From Basidiobolus meristosporus CBS 931.73 (taxonomy: Eukaryota; Fungi; Basidiobolomycota), in assembly GCA_002104905.1 (NCBI GenBank), contig MCFE01000655.1, forward strand, positions 1 through 49,490: DNA of 49,490 bases. The letters are read 5' to 3'. Position numbers and translations under genes: made by a program. The notes under the pieces are model-generated. The model ran no database searches, had not been told where the DNA came from, and saw nothing but the letters and a program-made list of their open reading frames with translations. Positions 47,601 through 49,490 of the stretch are shown here, in pieces; position 1 is the stretch's first letter; the number at the start of each line of letters is the position of its first letter.

Positions 47601-48681
47601 TGCTTACAGAGAGTAGGTTCTTGGCTATTTCTGGTACACAAAGTACTTCTTTAAAGGTCAGTGTATGGCTTCCTTCACTGCTTCTAAGGTTTGCTTGGAT
47701 AGTTTCTTCTCCCACTGCATCAAGTGTTCTATTGTCACCCATGAGAACCTTCTTAATTGGAATTTCTTGATATTGGGTAAAAAGTCCTTTTTGGTGTGTA
47801 AAGTGTTGAGATGCTTCAGAGTCAATATTCCACGTCTGAGAATCCTTGTTTGTGGTCATATTTAGTGCAGATATGAATAGTCTATCTTCAGTTGTTGCAG
47901 CATTTCCATATTCAGGCTCCTTTTGCTGATTATCTTTCTTTTTGAGACACCAGTCTGATGTGTGTCCTTTCCTTTTGCAGTAGTTGCAAAATAGGTTGCT
48001 GTTGCCTTTGTAGGGTCTTGGGTCCCTCCTTTGTTGGTTATCATTGCTTATTAAAGCATTTTCTTCTTCCTTCTTATTGGCACTTGATTTCCTTAATTCT
48101 TCATCCAGGAGTCTTCCATATATGTAATTTAAGGTCAAATCTTCAGTTCTGGACTCTAGGGCTGATACAAGGCCTTGAAACTTGTCTGTAAGACTATTCA
48201 GGATGGTAACTATCACATCCTCATCAGTAGTTGGTACACCCACAGATTCCATTTCATCTACCAGCAGGGTAATTCTGTTAATTAGATTTTTCATTTCTTC
48301 TCCTGGCAGCATCTTTGCAGTAGAGAATTTTTGTCTCAGATATATTTTCTTAGCAGCTGAACATGACTGGTAGGTGTCTTCTAATGCCTTCCAGGCATTC
48401 TTTGCCGTTTTTGCTCTTGAGCATTGAATTAGCAATTTGTCTTTAACATTAAGGCAAATGCAGTTGAAAGCACTTTGTTCTTTCTTCTGGTACTTTAAGG
48501 CTGCCTCTCCCATGTTTTAAGGAGGGCATTCTTCTCCCATGACAATATCCCAAAGGCCTCTTTCTTGTAGCAGCATCTTCATCTTCACCTTCCAAACTTG
48601 GTAGTTAGATCCATCCAACTTTTCAGCAGAGGGAAAAATTTCAGTAATAGCAGTAGTAGACATTGCAGAGAGTGACAGCTT

Positions 48682-48694
48682 GGGGTTCATAACC
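48682..48694 (-). promoter_or_regulatory. Copia primer-binding site GGTTATGAACCCC
   Basis: Immediately follows the 5' LTR. It resembles the GGTTATGGGCCC-type PBS typical of Copia elements and overlaps the gag ATG. Confidence 0.75.
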
Positions 48695-49043
48695 TGTTGT
48701 AAGAGTCTTGGAGATATTAGAAGTGATTGGGAGGACAAGTAGATTATGTGGTTTTCACTTAATGATTTATTGAATGTCAAAGTAGTATTTATACTTTTAC
48801 CTGGTCTTGACATTACAAACACATAGAATAGGTTAAGGAAGGTCCCAAGAACATGTGTGCAAAGTTTGGGGCTGTTTGAACGACTTTGACAATTATCATG
48901 TTCTGCGTACCTGGTATTTTGGTGAAAATATTCTACGTAAATCCTGACAAGGAATTTGGTCAGTATTCTCTAGGATTTGAAGGTGATGATCTAAGTGACT
49001 AAGTTAGGTGAATATTTAGGTGGAATTACGGATTTTTACAACA
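48695..49043 (-). repeat. 5' LTR (349 bp)
   Basis: TGTTGTAA...TTACAACA ends. About 32 differences from the 3' LTR by hand count (roughly 91% identity). Confidence 0.95.
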
Positions 49044-49490
49044 TTATCTTGGTCAGCAAACCCATCAGGCTGGTTCATATACATGTCCTCATCAAGTTCT
49101 TCCTCAAAAATGCAATTTTTACATCCATCAGATGTACAAAAAACTTGTATATGGCTGCAATAGCCAATATCAATCTGATGGAATTAAACTTGGCTGCCAG
49201 TGCAGAGGTCTCAGTAGAGTTGAGTCCTTTTGCTTGAGAGTATCCTTTGGCCACAAGTCTTGCTTTGTATCTTTCAATTGTACCATCAGCCTTGTATTCT
49301 GTCTTGAAGACCCATCTGCATCCATTTGATTTTTGGTTGATTGGTAATTTAACCAAGTCCCAAGTTTGATTTTCCATCAGGGCCTGATATTCCTCAGTCA
49401 TTTCAGGTCTCCAAAACTCTCTCTGAGGGCTATTTAGAGCCTCTACTACAGTCTGGGGTTCATCAATATGGACTGAATGGGCATAGGCTA
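49044..49490 (-). mobile_element. RT fragment of another copy of the same Copia family, cut by the 5' LTR and running off the window
   Basis: MTEEYQALMENQTWDLVKLPINQK..GCRWVFKT.YKADGTIERYKARLVAKGY is near-identical to 45864-46320. The sequence breaks at DGFADQDN against the LTR. Confidence 0.93.

Larger units (their letters stand above)
44349..49043 (-). mobile_element. Full-length but degenerate Ty1/Copia LTR retrotransposon (about 4.7 kb)
   Basis: Order gag (CX2CX4HX4C knuckle CNYCKRKGHTSDWC), protease (WNIDSEAS, eroded DSG), integrase (HSDLCGP, FIDDYTRY, PQQNGVAE, frameshifted), RT (RYKARLVAKG, QMDVKTAFLNG, LHVDD in place of YVDD), RNase H (YSDADW, STTEAEY, KHIDIRHHF). It is bounded by two LTRs with a PBS and a PPT. 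Confidence 0.97.

Noticed and set aside
44349-49043. RIP-like hypermutation of the Copia copies
   Set aside because: By hand count the LTR differences are about two-thirds transitions, occur in both directions, include around ten transversions and show no evident dinucleotide rule. A RIP index calculation would be needed.
1-49490. tRNA, rRNA, snoRNA genes and CRISPR-like arrays
   Set aside because: No cloverleaf with A/B boxes, rRNA-like tract, C/D-box pair in the RPS16 intron, or repeat-spacer array was seen by eye.

Overview
Gene-dense eukaryotic DNA with short GT-AG introns (mostly about 45-130 nt) and CTAAC/CTAAT-type branch points. The proteins are fungal-like. An early-diverging fungus (Zoopagomycota/Mucoromycota; Basidiobolus-like is a guess I cannot prove here) fits best. 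Layout: (i) 1-3.3 kb is a decayed zone containing a PHO84-like pseudogene. (ii) 3.3-36.7 kb is a housekeeping block: ERG24, an intronless YOR1-like ABCC transporter, a NIPA-type transporter, SEC31, a SAP-domain TKL-like kinase, a YjjX-type ITP/XTPase, a GSKIP-domain protein, a P5B ATPase, RPS16, a class III-like eIF4E and CRD1. (iii) 37-43 kb is an accessory zone with an intronless YjlB-like cupin, an AVT3/4-like amino-acid transporter, a P450 relic and an intronless bacterial-type agmatine deiminase. (iv) 43-49.5 kb is a nest of same-family Ty1/Copia elements inserted into one another. The best leads are the kinase with a WNK-like relocated lysine, the class III-like eIF4E, the agmatine deiminase with its transporter neighbours, and the self-nesting Copia cluster whose central element has mismatched target-site duplications. 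Exon models, alignments and difference counts were done by eye. Family names come from recognised motifs, not from database searches.
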